From: Antedon mediterranea
Lineage: Eukaryota; Animalia; Echinodermata
Reading direction: 5' to 3'
DNA length: 64,000 nucleotides
Assembly: GCF_964355755.1 (NCBI RefSeq)
Contig: NC_092676.1
Location: forward strand, 23,392,871 to 23,456,870
In this document: positions 52,801 through 64,000 of the stretch, piece by piece
How positions within the stretch are numbered: the first letter of the stretch is position 1
How the letters are laid out: each line of letters starts with the position of its first letter
Made by a program: the position numbers and the translations under genes
The notes under the pieces: model-generated
What the model was told of the DNA's origin: nothing
Databases searched by the model: none
What the model saw: the letters and a program-made list of their open reading frames with translations, nothing else

Positions 52801-55800
52801 GGATGTAAATCCCATTTTTGGTGATTTAGAGACCCCTGGTACCATACACAATGATTTCATTGTTTGTTTTTAGCAATATTTGTACTTGTATGGTATCAAG
52901 ATAAATCAAATAAACTACAGGATAGGCAGGGGCGTAGTTATCAGTACAGTTGGTAAGGTTTCAAATTGATCACTTTTTTAAAGAGGTCTTTGACAACCCA
53001 GTGACTTGAACAGATATTGCTTCCTTTTCTTGCGAAACCGGACCCCTTTATTTCTTGTGGCTACTTCACTGATAGGTAACAGCAAAACACCTTGTATGTT
53101 AATTTGTTTTTAGGAACTGTGCCGGTGCCAAAATTGATTGTGCTTCTGTGTTAAAGCCAATTAGCTTAGCGACATAAATCTGTAGTGGCACTGCTTACTA
53201 ATCCCATGGTCTTATGTTCAATTCCTGGCTCTTTCACAGTATTTAGTTTATGTTTGGTTAAAAAAGTAAGGGTCCCTTTCTAACCAGTAATTGCTGAGTG
53301 ATTGCTCCATTAGATTTGTATAAATAAAAATAAAATTGTGCCAAAAGTGTGGCAAACAAACCTTGACATTAATGATGAAGTCGGGTTTCAATTTCCAATT
53401 TTTGACAAGTTCTAACTGATCAGGGATTCTCATGTAGTTCTCACTTAGAGATGGAAAACCATCAAGCACATAACCTAGAAGAATAAATGCTGTTTTCTAA
53501 ATACATGTGTCGCTTACGGATGCCACAAGTAGTGAATCTTGTGCTACGCTACTCAGGTCAAATCTGGCAGTGTGGCACCATTTTAACAAATTTCCAAAAA
53601 TGCAAATTACTGTATACAACTGAGTATAGTCTCGGGGGACTAGGTATGAAATTTGGCAAAAATTAGGTGGTGGGATTATATTCAGGTTTCATTAAAAATG
53701 GAATTGACCATAAAGTCTTGGCTTCCTATTTTTTTTTCATACGCATCAAACAGCAAGTAACTCGCAAGTTAAAGGATTGATAAACTATTTTTTTATTTAT
53801 CATGCTTATAAACTAATTCTCATTTGAGGCTTAGGGAGTGGAGTTTAAAAAGTCGTGAGTTACAACCCTGGACCTTGGGATTGGAAGGCAAGCATGTTAA
53901 CCATCAAGCTACAGCTCTTATATAGCCTGCACATGGGGGTGAAATTATATTCAAGCGTGGGCTTATATGGTACTACTGTATTATGTTATCAAATCATTTT
54001 TATTTTACTCCCGTAGTTCTTATTCAATCTAATAATAACAAACGCACCATGGTGAGCTACTTCTGGTGAATTAATTTTATCCTCAATCATCTTAGCCACC
54101 ATGGCTTCAGGCAGTGCTTCTCCTTTCTGCAGAATCGCCTGCATCTTGACGCCAATTTCTGTCTGAAGCTCAAGGTGCATCAGGATTAGGTCTGTTGCAT
54201 GTAGTAGCTGACAATTCCACGTCTGGGCTAGCTTGTTTGCTAGTGTTGTCTTACCGGCTCCTGGCTTGCCCAGAACAATGAAACATGTGGGCTTGGAATG
54301 CAAAAATCGAAGTTCAGCCTGCGGAAAAATTTAAAAAAGAAAACAAATACAATTGATTCAAGAAATAAATTACATTACAACAAATACTGATCCCCAGTTA
54401 GCGGTGATGGTGTATCCCCATACTCCGGTTTGGGTGCTAGCTTGGTGTTTTTTGTCTTTTTGTTCTCCTCCTTTTGTTTTCCACTCTTTCTCTTTATTGT
54501 AGAGCACATACAGACATCGTTTATTTGCGCTATATAAATCTATCTATTATTATTATTTTAGTTGACGAAATAATATGTTCTATATACCCATCATAGGATC
54601 TTATGTTTAAGGTTAAAGTAGATATTTTGAGGTTAAGCTAATAGCAAGTATCAATGTATGTGACATTATTAGAAGTGATATTATTAATTATTATATCATT
54701 CATTCACCAACATTTTATTCGAAGATCAAAAATTAAAGCATATAAAAAATACAGTAGTTATGATAATGGGATGGGATACAAAATGAAACCCTAACAAAAT
54801 TGGATTTGGGTACTTTACAAATATGGTCCCAAACACATTGACTTACTTGGTCCCCATCAAATGGGTCTGAATCTATATGTCGCATGATTTCCGAAGATGT
54901 TGCTTGCAGATCGTGTATGCTAGTTTCACTCAATGCACGACTAGTCGATAAATCAAATCCATGTGACATATCTATCTCTATGTCTGGTGTCTGTTCTGAA
55001 TCTAGTAGTGCGTGAGTAGTTGGCCGAGTGTCTGCCATGTCGATTGTAACGCTGGGCGTAACTGGTTCTTCCTGTTCAATGACATTTTTAGAATAAAAAA
55101 TAGGTCAGCATATTAATCTTCGCCCGGTGGGGTCCGGCAGTGCCCTGGTAGGGTTTTATGATAGAAAATGTTAATAAGTACATCCTAACATTGTCTTATT
55201 AATATTTATTATGTTGTTTTAACATTTAATTGTACATTTTAAACATTTTTAAATCAAAATTAGTTTATTTAAGTCAAAATACTGATCAGATACGTTTATT
55301 CAGAAACTGAAGACAGCCATCAGTCTGTGATAAGTGATGTTTTGAGGCGTTAAAGCTGACAATTAAAGCATTTAGATTAGAATGAACAGTTTAACAATAT
55401 TTTAACTTGCTTCTGGAAATAAAAATATATCTAATTTTAAGTTCAATACCACTAGACCAGAGCATGTAGGCTTACTTGATATAATTTTATATCATAAAAC
55501 TGTACTTGGTAAAGATTAGTAGACCGTAACGTAAGCAAATTTTAATCTAGCTAGACAAGAAAGCTAGGTCTTGATAATAAGGCTGTCTTTTTAGCCTAAA
55601 AAAATCAGTGATGGTGAGTAGAGCCTAAAAAAATGTGATGGTTAGTAAAACTAAAACTTGCCTAACCGGACCCGGGCCTTGCTTGTTGTTGTTGTACTCA
55701 ATATATAAAGACGATGGTGAGTAAATGAGTAAGTTATGAATTTAGGCCTCTCTCTAGGTAGGCAGGCTAGAGCCTGACTAGGCCTAGGTAGGCTAGGCTT

Positions 55801-56249
55801 TAGGCTATGTATGTATGTGTGAGGCGCATTCGACGGCCGAAACTGAACAGAAACGACAGCCGAAATAATATAATATTTTACAACCCAGCCCAGATAACAA
55901 AGAGGTACAAAACAATGTGTAAAACCTATTTTATGAAAGAACTCAACACATATCCTCCTACGACTAGGTAGGGCGAAACGACCCTACTCCGAAGGCTAGC
56001 TCCCGAACCTGGGCCTCTAGCCCCCTATTATCTCGCCGATTGTTCGTTCGTTCGGAAGGGGCCAGCCTAGCACTGTTTTCCCGTATGGATTTCTGTGATC
56101 TTAGTATAATTTGTCATCACTTAATTTCAAAATAAGTTAAGTTATCTTATATGAAGTATCGATACTATGAAATTATCGATATTATTAGATTTATATCATG
56201 GTTTTTATAATTTAATCAAGAACAGACAACTTACCTCGACTTCAGCCAT
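13801..56249 (-). CDS. AK9: Adenylate kinase 9 (multi-AK-domain / YHS-like repeat, motile-cilia protein), complete gene
   Basis: Phase-consistent exons 5'->3': 56235-56249, 54847-55071, 54048-54318 (P-loop GKPGAGKT), 53362-53474, 52304-52507, 51859-51987, 50690-51006, 50023-50203 (GPPLSGKT), 49289-49421, 37330-37389 and/or 35149-35208, 34163-34279, 32955-32975, 32361-32601, 31803-32033 (GWILDNFP), [31450-31479], 30010-30110, 29412-29471, [28670-28801], 23244-23315, 22484-22702, 21849-21946, 21298-21510 (FGDTKHYCPV), 20490-20777 (GPRGAGKT), 19781-20209, 19432-19443, 18421-18648, 17886-18104, 17156-17369 (GPPKSGKT), 16574-16775, 16254-16400, 15899-16116, 15294-15660, 14870-14968, 14480-14697 (LPMLGYMEQ...KPKYPF), 13801-14012 (stop). 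About 1957 aa without the bracketed or duplicate exons. Confidence 0.93.
14170..14327. mobile_element. pogo/Tigger-like MITE
   Basis: (TA)CAGTGGAACCTCT ... AGAGGTTCTACTG terminal inverted repeats. Degenerate relatives lie near 21655-21838 and 34400-34580. Confidence 0.6.
19137..19264. mobile_element. MITE family with AGCTCTGTCTACACTATCAAAC TIRs
   Basis: Inverted termini. Further copies at about 17486-17643, about 30356-30760 (interrupted by an insertion) and a partial copy near 1970-2030. Confidence 0.7.
20841..21185. mobile_element. TTAA-flanked MITE (Kolobok-like)
   Basis: TTAA-AGATGTATTGTCCC ... GGGACAATATATAT-TTAA. Related copies at about 6720-7051, 10937-11225, 18137-18359 and 59882-60183. 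Confidence 0.7.
25085..25385 (+). mobile_element. tRNA-derived SINE (Deu/Nin-like domain)
   Basis: A box TGGCCGAGCGG, B box GGTTCGAGGCC, core GGATAAGGACTATAAACCGTAGGTCCAGTG...TTTAAAGAAACCCAG. A fragment of the same family lies on the minus strand at about 26955-27100. Confidence 0.75.
25515..26900. repeat. Compound minisatellite: 21-bp core with higher-order structure
   Basis: GATAGCACATT(C/A)TTTCAAATG units interspersed with recurring GGTAGCACAATCAAATGG and TACTGTACATTATTCTATACGGATTATCGGG modules. Confidence 0.93.
31186..31338. mobile_element. Degenerate palindromic MITE
   Basis: Imperfect arms of about 60 bp: TATTTACAAGGTAAATCGGGACAAAAGT vs ACATTTTTGTCCCGATTCACCTAGTAAATA. Confidence 0.55.
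34774..39102. repeat. About 2.2-kb tandem duplication including a 60-nt AK9 exon
   Basis: Copy 1 at 34774-36964 and copy 2 at 36962-39102 are near-identical, with a CAA microhomology at the junction. The duplicated ORFs 35037/37220 and 35425/37606 reflect it. Confidence 0.93.
39525..40210 (-). mobile_element. 3' fragment of a CR1/L2-type LINE
   Basis: ORF2 C-terminal motif HSYNTR..LHLP...IRYSGSKLLNNLP..FKLKEYLI, followed by a 3'UTR ending in TTTGAA repeats. Confidence 0.75.
40720..41145 (+). mobile_element. Deu/Nin-like SINE interrupted by an insertion of about 240 bp
   Basis: GGAACAAGTCTTCTCGGATAAG (to 40755) resumes as ATAAGGACTATAAACCG at about 40997. Confidence 0.65.
41755..45911 (+). 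CDS. Nested antisense gene or pseudogene: tandem death-effector(DED)-like domains, B-box zinc finger, coiled coil, hydrophobic tail
   Basis: Exons 41755-42274 (MSSKLDSAYLTLLSDLSNLY...LRHLLNDH...QDLFNELNDKGYIS...DVDILLNIA), 43318-43400 and 45513-45911 (CQDHPDNIADQHCKNCNKDICEKCDESCVLEKH) join in frame through GT-AG introns. A truncated duplicate B-box exon starts at 44565. Confidence 0.62.
42500..43240 (-). mobile_element. 3' fragment of a CR1/L2-type LINE
   Basis: ORF 42759-43226: LQKRALRIC..FRAHTKLLFKRFNVLNIYDL...HSYKTR...GPKLWTSL..FKSNFKH. Confidence 0.8.
44324..48059. repeat. Tandem duplication of the B-box exon region
   Basis: Copy A (44324-45266) lacks about 45664-46370 of copy B. Copy B (45267-48059) carries a 1.15-kb insertion. 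Confidence 0.9.
46678..47828 (+). mobile_element. Helentron-associated non-autonomous element (HINE/DINE-1-like)
   Basis: Subterminal inverted repeat GGTTATCCGCA (46681) / TGCGGATAACC (47785); 3' hairpin AACTCGTC-CGTAGT-GACGAGTT; ends TAGTT in a T run; absent from duplicate copy A. Related sequence in the opposite orientation at about 38500-39310. Confidence 0.75.
49462..49886. mobile_element. MITE with 15-bp TIRs (hAT-like CAG termini)
   Basis: CAGAGGTCCCAAGTT ... AACTTGGGACCTCTG; no clean TSD. Confidence 0.65.
50315..50660. repeat. About 21-bp minisatellite
   Basis: GACATTAGTTGATAGACAGAA and variants, about 16 copies. Confidence 0.9.
51147..51824. repeat. 70-bp tandem repeat, about 9.5 copies, derived from a MITE
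   Basis: CATATATTGC recurs at 51191, 51261, ... 51751 with period 70. Confidence 0.95.
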
Positions 56250-56434
56250 ATTGTTATCGTATCCATAGTAATAGGCAATTGACCAATGAACGCAGAGAGT
56301 TCTTAACATCAAAAAAGTGGTTGATAGGAGGCGGCGAATGATGAGGTACCGATTTGGTAGAATTGTTATAGCTCACCTATTACGTAATCCAAGTTACACG
56401 TGGACAGTCTAGTCCAAAAACAAAAGATCGAACA
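56250..56434. promoter_or_regulatory. Bidirectional promoter for AK9 and the methyltransferase, with an X-box-like motif
   Basis: Only 185 bp separate the divergent ATGs. GTATCCATAGTAAT (56259-56272) matches the RFX X-box consensus GTHNYYATRRNAAC at 13 of 14 positions. CCAAT at 56283. Confidence 0.6.
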
Positions 56435-58070
56435 ATGAATAACTCTGACTTCAAAACAAAGGAGTATTGGAACTCAAGATTTAAAAAAGAAGTAGAATAT
56501 GATTGGTTAATGACATACAATGATGTTAAAGAAAGTTTGGTTAACAAATTTGCACAATCAGACAGAATTTTAATTGTTGGTAAGTCACAGAAGAGTGTAA
56601 GTGTAAGCCCAGGCACATTGTTGTTAAAGAAAAGGACAGAAAATATCCTCGTCTGGTCAGTGGTTGTGGGCGGCGGAAGTCAGTTCAACCTAATTTGTGG
56701 AGATTGTCTCTGTGATTAATATAGCCTATTTAATAGTGGCATTCAAAGTATTTTTAATTCATAAAAAAGTAGGCATTTAAATTATTCCATACCTCTCTAT
56801 GAGTATACGTTTCTGTGCTATATCGTGGCGTTGTTTGATTGAAAATAATCACTTAAATTAATCGATTGATACTTTTCTATTGTAGTAACATTTTTTTAAC
56901 GTATTTAGGCCTAAACGCGTGCAGATACAGATTCCTTTTATTATCCAATATAATGGAAATTACAGTGCTCAAATCTTGGCTTGCCTAAAATAAAAATAAG
57001 GGAAAAAAGAACTATAAACAAATCTGTAGTTATAATGTCGTCTCAACTGGGTAGAAGAACGAGTAGGCCTACGTCTGCGCAATCACCGTCCTCATCCTAC
57101 CACTCGACAACGGAGACGATAATTTCGCTAAGAAGAGGATGATTGGTGTCTTCCAATATAGCACGTGACATCGGCAAGCCCTTTATTTAGTTGTATATGC
57201 ATTAGACCAATAAAAGATAAATGAATAGACATACAATGTTAACGTCTATATATCGTATTTCAATAAATTTATGATTTTTTTTTTAAAGGTTGTGGAAACA
57301 GTACGTTTAGCGAAGACCTATACAGTGACGGTTATATGAACATTGTCAACATCGATTTTTCTGAGGTTTGCATTGAGAAGATGAAGGAACGTTGCAAGGA
57401 CTGCACGAACATGACATGGCAAGTCATGAACATGAAAACGTTAGACTTTCCTGCAGACTCATTTGATGTCGTAATTGACAAAGCTGCCATTGATGCTCTG
57501 ATGACGTCTGAAAAGAGTGCGTGGACGGTGTCACAAGAATGCCGGGAAGAAGTGGATGAAGTTCTTTCAGAAGTAGGCTAATTTACAGTTTGTTTTTTGT
57601 TTTGTTTTTTCTTATTGGAAAAACACAAGTTCTTCAATAATATTTTTTATTGTTTGAATGAATGAATGTGTGTCTCTATATTAAGATATGATAAAACAAG
57701 GACAGCTATATAGTTCCTTAAGTACAGTAGTATACAAAATAATACTACATCTTTTTTTATTCAGATTAGCCGAGTGTTGAGACCAAATGGTACATTTTTA
57801 TCGCTGACGTTTGTCTCTCCAATTCTCCGCAAAGTCCTGTATGCAAATGAGAAATATGATTGGTCGATACAGATTACAACTGTTGAAAGTACGCGTTTGT
57901 TTTCTTGCTATTTGTACACGATGAAGATAGGAGAAAGTTTAAGTGCTGCAGATATAGAACTTGCCCACAATCGATTCAAAGTGCAAGAAAATGTAAAGAC
58001 TTTATTATTACCTAATGAACAAGATAACGAAGAATTTCTATTGAATATTGATTCAGATATTTCAACATAG
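56435..58070 (+). CDS. EEF1AKMT4: EEF1A lysine methyltransferase 4-like (ECE2 N-terminal type) class I SAM methyltransferase, 244 aa
   Basis: Exons 56435-56579, 57289-57572 and 57765-58070 (735 nt, in frame). Motifs KTKEYWNSRF..YDWL, ILIVGCGNS, NIVNIDFSEVCI, FDVVIDKAAIDAL, ISRVLRPNGTF. Confidence 0.85.
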
Positions 58071-59765
58071 TATTGTATTTATTCTATATATGTACCGATA
58101 CTCACCTATGTGGATACTTCTTTCCCGCTTGGGGCAAATCCAATGTATAATATCCGCATAATGAATACACTAGTCCTGCTTATAGCCGTCGATTCTTGTC
58201 ACCACGATAAATTCAGTGGTTAACTTCCATGATTTCTGGTTTCTCCCAATCGTCTGCGTGCATGCCCCAGACGTCTATACGTCCCGCGTACTAGATCCAG
58301 GCGCCCGCAGTACGATTTGTATGTGCAGGCCATTCATTCATTGGCCCGAAGTCCAAACCGCTTTCTGGGTAGGCCTACATGTACGTGATGGTCTCGGTCC
58401 CTCATCCCTTGGATGATATTCGGGACGGATACCTCACTCCTCGATCTATTTCCACCCCATGGGTGACAATCTCCCCTATTTGCACATTGTTGGCCTGCAC
58501 CAACTTCTTCCCATTGATTAGAAAACCCGAAGCAACATACTCTTTGCTCCCGCTATACTCTTGTCCCTCTCTCAATGAGGACATCTCCCAAGACTTGTAC
58601 CGGAGAGCCGCCGCATATAGTCTTCGGCGGACCCCACAGGGGCGGACCCCACAGGAGCCTCCTCCTTCTCACTAGAATCATCCCCTTCCCGGTCATCTGG
58701 GGAGAGAGAATTCTCAAAAAGTTACGTATATCGTCCTTCTCGGGACCCTCGCCTTCTTATCTTTTGATTATATCGGCGCCCTTACTAATCTCCAGGACAC
58801 TCAGACTGATGATGCCGACCCATTCCGCCGGACCATCGGCGACATTTCAACCAATCTATAGTGTGAGCCCTATTCTCCAGAGCCTCCCCTATCAGTTCCA
58901 CCTTCAGATTCCAAATGTTGGGCCGGAGAGCGAGCACTAAGATCTTTGCGACCATCCACTAAGAAAGGCACAGAACACAACATACGAAAGAAAATCTTCC
59001 GGTGATAACTTAGGGTTAGGGAAAAATCAAATCTGTTTAAGAATTCAGGTTTCTTACTCGTACCGTTAATTTAACTTAACTCGATTACTGACAAAATATT
59101 CACTAATCTAGTCTTAAGAAGGGATAACATCCAATCCCCGGAATATCGCATAACTGTTCAAGTGTACAAACATTCGCTCGAATACGATCCCCGTCTACCG
59201 GAATGGTAATCCAGACACTAATCCTAAAGAAACTCCGTACGCTAACTACAATCCCTAACCGGGACTTTTGAAACCCGCCCAATGGAGATCAATTCTCGAT
59301 ACCCAAAAACTACTACTTAATCCCAATCCTAATTAATAAACAAAATATATATGCCTATCTAATTAATTAACACTAACTACCATACCGCAATACCGCTAAT
59401 CTATTTCCACTGACCTTGGAAAACTAATTTGCATAATATGCAATACAAGTGTGTCTGCTGTAGTGTCGCTTACACACATTCTATAATAAGCGCAAGCAAA
59501 AATACAGGATAATTCTTTCCTTTTTTGCTCGCAGCATGCACCAATATTGTATTTGCCCTATGTAAAGTGCCTATACTCACCTAGTCTGGGTACTTCTTTC
59601 CCGCTTGGGAAAATCCAATGTATACATTATATATCATATCCGCATAATGAATTGTCGTCTGTTCTTGTCACCACGGCAAATTTCGTGGCAAAACTGCCCC
59701 GATTTCTGGTTTCTCCCAACCGTCTGCGCATGGCCCAGACCTCCATACGTCACGCGCACTAGATC
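58071..59765 (+). mobile_element. Degenerate element with diverged direct repeats of about 220 bp (possible deleted LTR retrotransposon)
   Basis: 58071-58297 resembles 59546-59765. The GC-richer interior contains NHPLPGHLGREN, which recalls a Gypsy integrase zinc-binding segment. Confidence 0.45.
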
Positions 59766-62700
59766 TCTTCTCCACAAAGCAAATTTATTTGTGTGAATCA
59801 AAATCATCGGCTTTCATATTCATTTTTCCATATTTCTCTTTCTGCATCGAATTCTAATACAGTACCTTGATTTTTTGGCACTTAAAAATGTATTGTCCCC
59901 CTGAAAAAAAAATCTTAAACAATTTTGGCTGAATATGCCATTTTTAATGCCACAAAATAGTTATTCACACTTTGACCAAAAATTAGATCGAAAAAAAGTA
60001 CCGTATTTACCTGAAAAAAACTGTATTTCAAATAAAAAAATAGTCAATTTGGCTGCCAGCCAATGTGGTTTTGGTTGAATTAAAACATTTATTTTGTCAT
60101 TTTATAAATGAAAACATAATTCGAAGTTCGATTTTAATTCTTTACTTCAGTTTGCGTGTTTTTGGGGGACAATTTATCTTTAAGCAAAATCTGTATTTTG
60201 AATAGTTCAGAGCTCAGGAAAGTTGTCTCACGATGCCTATGCCTATTTTGAGTACAATCCAAAAATCTCCAAGTGAAAACATTTTTATGCTATTATCTAA
60301 GTACACTTTTACTGCCTTTTTAACGTTTTCATTTCTTGTATTGTAAATGTGTGTACTGTACATTATACGCTTCTCCGTCGGAAATATATTAACTATTTCT
60401 GATTGTACTTTTTTAGCATAGAGCGCCCTCTAAGTAATATTCAAGTTATTTTCCGTTCAATTGACTTCCATTTTAAAACCATAATATCGCCTCTAATATT
60501 AATAATCAACCCCCAATACCGACATTTAGAAACTTCTTAATTATAAAAATGTTCATGTCTTGGAATTTATTTTTTGGGACTAGTCGTCTTTAAAATACAA
60601 TTTTGTCTTGTGGTTGGGATTGAAGGATAGGCCTACTCGTTGGAAGCTTGGACCCAACACATCGATGACGTAGTTAATGCTTGGTTCCCACTATACCACA
60701 ACGCAAGCGCTGCAACGGTAAGAGTGATTTGACCAATCACAAGCGATGGATTATTCGAACTTTCGCTTGTCATTGGTCAAATTACATACGGCGCGCGCTT
60801 ACGTCTTTGCGTGTGGGAAGTAAGCTTTATAATAGTAAATTTATTCATAACATCTGTTCACACGGTAAATATAAGATAAGAATATTAAAAAGGCTATACT
60901 TAATTCATTATGCCAAAACTCGCAATCGTCAATTATTTATTGGTAAATTTTTTTAGTGGATGGAGAAGTAGACGTTTATTTAACGTCTGTTCACACAGTA
61001 AATATAAAAAAAATATTAAAAAGGCTATACATTAATCCATCATGCCAACACTCGCAGTCATCAAACCCTAGGTATATAATTAATTATTTGACCGGGTGTA
61101 AATTGGTTCAACAATTTTATATTGGAATCCCTCATTCTGTCAATATAAATTCAAAAGCTTATGATTTGGACAGCATTAGGCCTACGTGCGTTTTTATTTA
61201 TAACGTATTTGTCTGTTCAGGGATAACACGAAGGAGTGCGTACGAGCTTCAACAAGCAGATTTTTATATAGATTATTATTGTATCTGCAGCTGATCGTCG
61301 TGTGAAAAGCAAGCCTTATATTCATCGACAACTTCTATTGGTTGACCTCTCAGGGGGCCCCCGTTGCTGAAATACCGTGGATACCAAAAGAGAATCTCAA
61401 CAGAAAAGCATAGCTAGCATAGCTGTCTTTCGTTACCTATATCGTTTCACTGCTTTGAAAGCTTTTTACGCATTGCTGCAGTCAAGGCTAGTAACGCGCT
61501 ATCTATCTCGGTGAGACGCAAAATACGTTACACGTCATTAGCCGACGATCAACAGCGGCGGCGTGTGTCGATGTTCGGCGCACTTTTGGCAGACGATTGA
61601 ACCAATACCAAACGTCAGGTAAGATTGATAGGGGACAAAATCCCATCATTGCTAATTTGTGGTATTATTAGTATGTCAATTATTACTTCCATGAGTATAT
61701 TCCATATTCAATTTATTAGCATTAGGTCCAAAGGGCAAATCGCGCTTGTTTCTGTAATTCATTTGCTTACCGTTACAGGCCTACAGCTAAGTTTACTACG
61801 CGAGTGCGCGCGTGCGATAGGCTTTTTGCCAACGATGTATGCTGTGTAAAATAATTGTAATTTAAACAAAAATCATTGTTTAATTACTCGATATTGGATA
61901 CATAGTACTGTAACTATTACTATTTTTAAATACTTAACCATAACACGCGAGGTACTTGCGTGTAAGTTTCGAGTAAAATCTGAATGTAAACTCAACCCGA
62001 TCAATTAGCTAGATAAATGATTTTTTTAAGATATTACATAATAGGCCTGCATTGCCTATAGTATTCCCCAATTTGTCCATGAATAGACTTCGTGCGTGTG
62101 TGTATCAAAAGAATATTATAAATCGTGAATTATGCCGTAGGGTGTTGTTATCATGACAGGCGACATGTGTCGTATTACAATCTCAATTTTTGTGATCAAA
62201 TTCTAAATAAAATGATGATAAATAGAATATATTGTAAAACACATGATACTTAATTAATTTTTTCAATGTGGTTTGTATTGTGGCTTAATGACATGCGACC
62301 TACAAGTAAATTAAACCAGCTTTGTCTTTGGCTTCGTAGGATGGGAAGTATGTAGGCCTACTTTATGAATTCAATACAAAAACATATAAAAACTAGACAC
62401 AGCTTTAAAAGCCTATCATTTAAGCTGTGAACATGAGCGGCGTAATGGATAAGTATGGCACTCCACTGTAAGCGTTGTTTATGAAACGTCAATGAACGCA
62501 ACACATGTGACCATTAGTTAAATATTGGCGTTTCATACAAGACGGACGGACGGGCGACATCTGCAGACAGTAAGTTTCTACTTTGTTTTTTAGCATGATT
62601 TCAGATAAGAAGTGAATTGCAAAGTAGATTGTTGATAGAAATATCAATATTCTTTACTACAACGACTGTTGTGATAAATCACCAGGCGACACTGTGTGTA

Positions 62701-63580
62701 CTTACAAGGCCTACTTATCATAATGGATGTAAAAGGACGTGGCTAGAAATTATGTTGAAGTTAACGTATGTTCCTTGTTCCAATAAAATATATACAGATT
62801 CTGCATATAACCGTATAGGAATTTAGGTCTATTTTAAACTGTTCTTTCCACAGCAACATTGCATGTCTATGTGGTTTTATGAGGTAAAATGGGGCGAGTT
62901 AAACCCAATAAAGAGGAAACCCCCAGGCAGCCTACTGTAGTAATTTGTGTTGTATGGAAATAGGTGAATTTGTATTCATGAATGTTCAAATCAATTTCAA
63001 TTTAAACTTTAAAGGGTTGGATGATATCACGTCAAATCCACCCACGTTTCATTTGCGTCTCATTCTGGGTGTTTTACTTCTACTGATGATAAGTTGACTG
63101 TTCGTTCGCTAAGTATACGTGCGAGTAACACTTACAGTAAACAAAAAAAAAATCACTAAATCCTTTCGTTTTTATATCGCAATGACAGCTAAGTATGTTG
63201 CGTTTTCTGTATTGTCTGTAAAAATTAATCTATCATAAGAGTGAGCTACCGTCTGCATTATACATTAGTGCCATATAAAACAGCTTGTGTTTGTTTGCAT
63301 AATTTGATGTAATAGAAAGTTAGCAAAAAGAAGAAAGATGGAACGCACTAAATTTAAATCAGGGATTCAGTCACAATATGTCCGTCCGACGGGGCGTTTC
63401 TGTAACACTCTCTTGAATTAGAACTGATGACGTAATGTATATAGCAACACGAACACTTTCTTACATTTGCTTACTGGTTCTATGTACATATTATGTGGTC
63501 AGCAGCTATCACAACAAAAACTTCATCCATGAGCAGATGTATATTACGGTCATTGCTTTGTACTGCGGTAGGGCCTATAA

Positions 63581-63932
63581 TGCTTGGTTCCCACTAGAGA
63601 CGCAACACAAGGACGTAACGTAACGCAAGTAAATTGACCAATCACAAGCGATGGCTTAAGCTTGGTTCCCACTAGAACGTAACGCAAGGACGTAAACGCA
63701 ACGCAAGCGTTTTAACCAATGGCAAGCGAAGTTATAGACAGTTAGCAATCACAAGCGAATAAGCCATCGCTTGTGATTGGTCAATTCACTTGCGTTGCGT
63801 TACGTCCTTGCGTTGCGTCGCTAGTGAGAACCACGCTTTATTCGCTTGTGATTGCTAACTGTCTATAACTTCGCTTTTCATTGCTTGCATTGCATTTACG
63901 TCCTTACGTTACGTTCTAGTGGGAACCAAGCT
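63581..63932. mobile_element. Harbinger-like MITE with a second copy of itself inserted in the opposite orientation
   Basis: TIR (A)GCTTGGTTCCCACTAG. The inner copy 63659-63837 is flanked by a TTA duplication. A single copy lies at about 60678-60826. Confidence 0.82.
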
Positions 63933-64000
63933 TTAGGGATTTGACCAATTACAAGCGATGAATTATTCGAACTGTCGCTTGTCATTGGTCAACTCGCATG

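Noticed and set aside
55038-55085. Alternative AK9 start codons at 55085 or 55038
   Set aside because: The ATG at 55085 is out of frame. The ATG at 55038 is internal to an exon that splices in phase to the upstream MAEVE exon, although its use as a start cannot be excluded.

Overview
AT-rich, intron-rich animal genomic DNA. The repeat and gene-family style suggests an invertebrate deuterostome, possibly an echinoderm; this is inference. I could build three conserved genes exon by exon with consistent splice phases. (1) The 5' part of a ROS1/Sevenless-like receptor tyrosine kinase (minus strand, ATG 12220, running off the left edge). (2) A complete adenylate kinase 9 (AK9) gene (minus strand, 56249->13801, about 1950-2030 aa). 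(3) A 3-exon EEF1AKMT4/ECE2-type methyltransferase (plus strand, 56435-58070), head-to-head with AK9. The largest AK9 intron holds an antisense nested gene or pseudogene with a tandem death-effector-like, B-box, coiled-coil and hydrophobic-tail architecture, plus two recent tandem duplications, one of which duplicates an in-frame AK9 exon. The introns are dense in mobile DNA: a Penelope-like element with an inverted pLTR, two minimal hammerhead ribozymes and a nested Harbinger derivative; a 4-kb TIR element carrying a satellite; a Helentron-type HINE; Deu/Nin-type SINEs; LINE tails; several MITE families; and MITE-derived tandem repeats. All calls were made by eye and no database searches were run.
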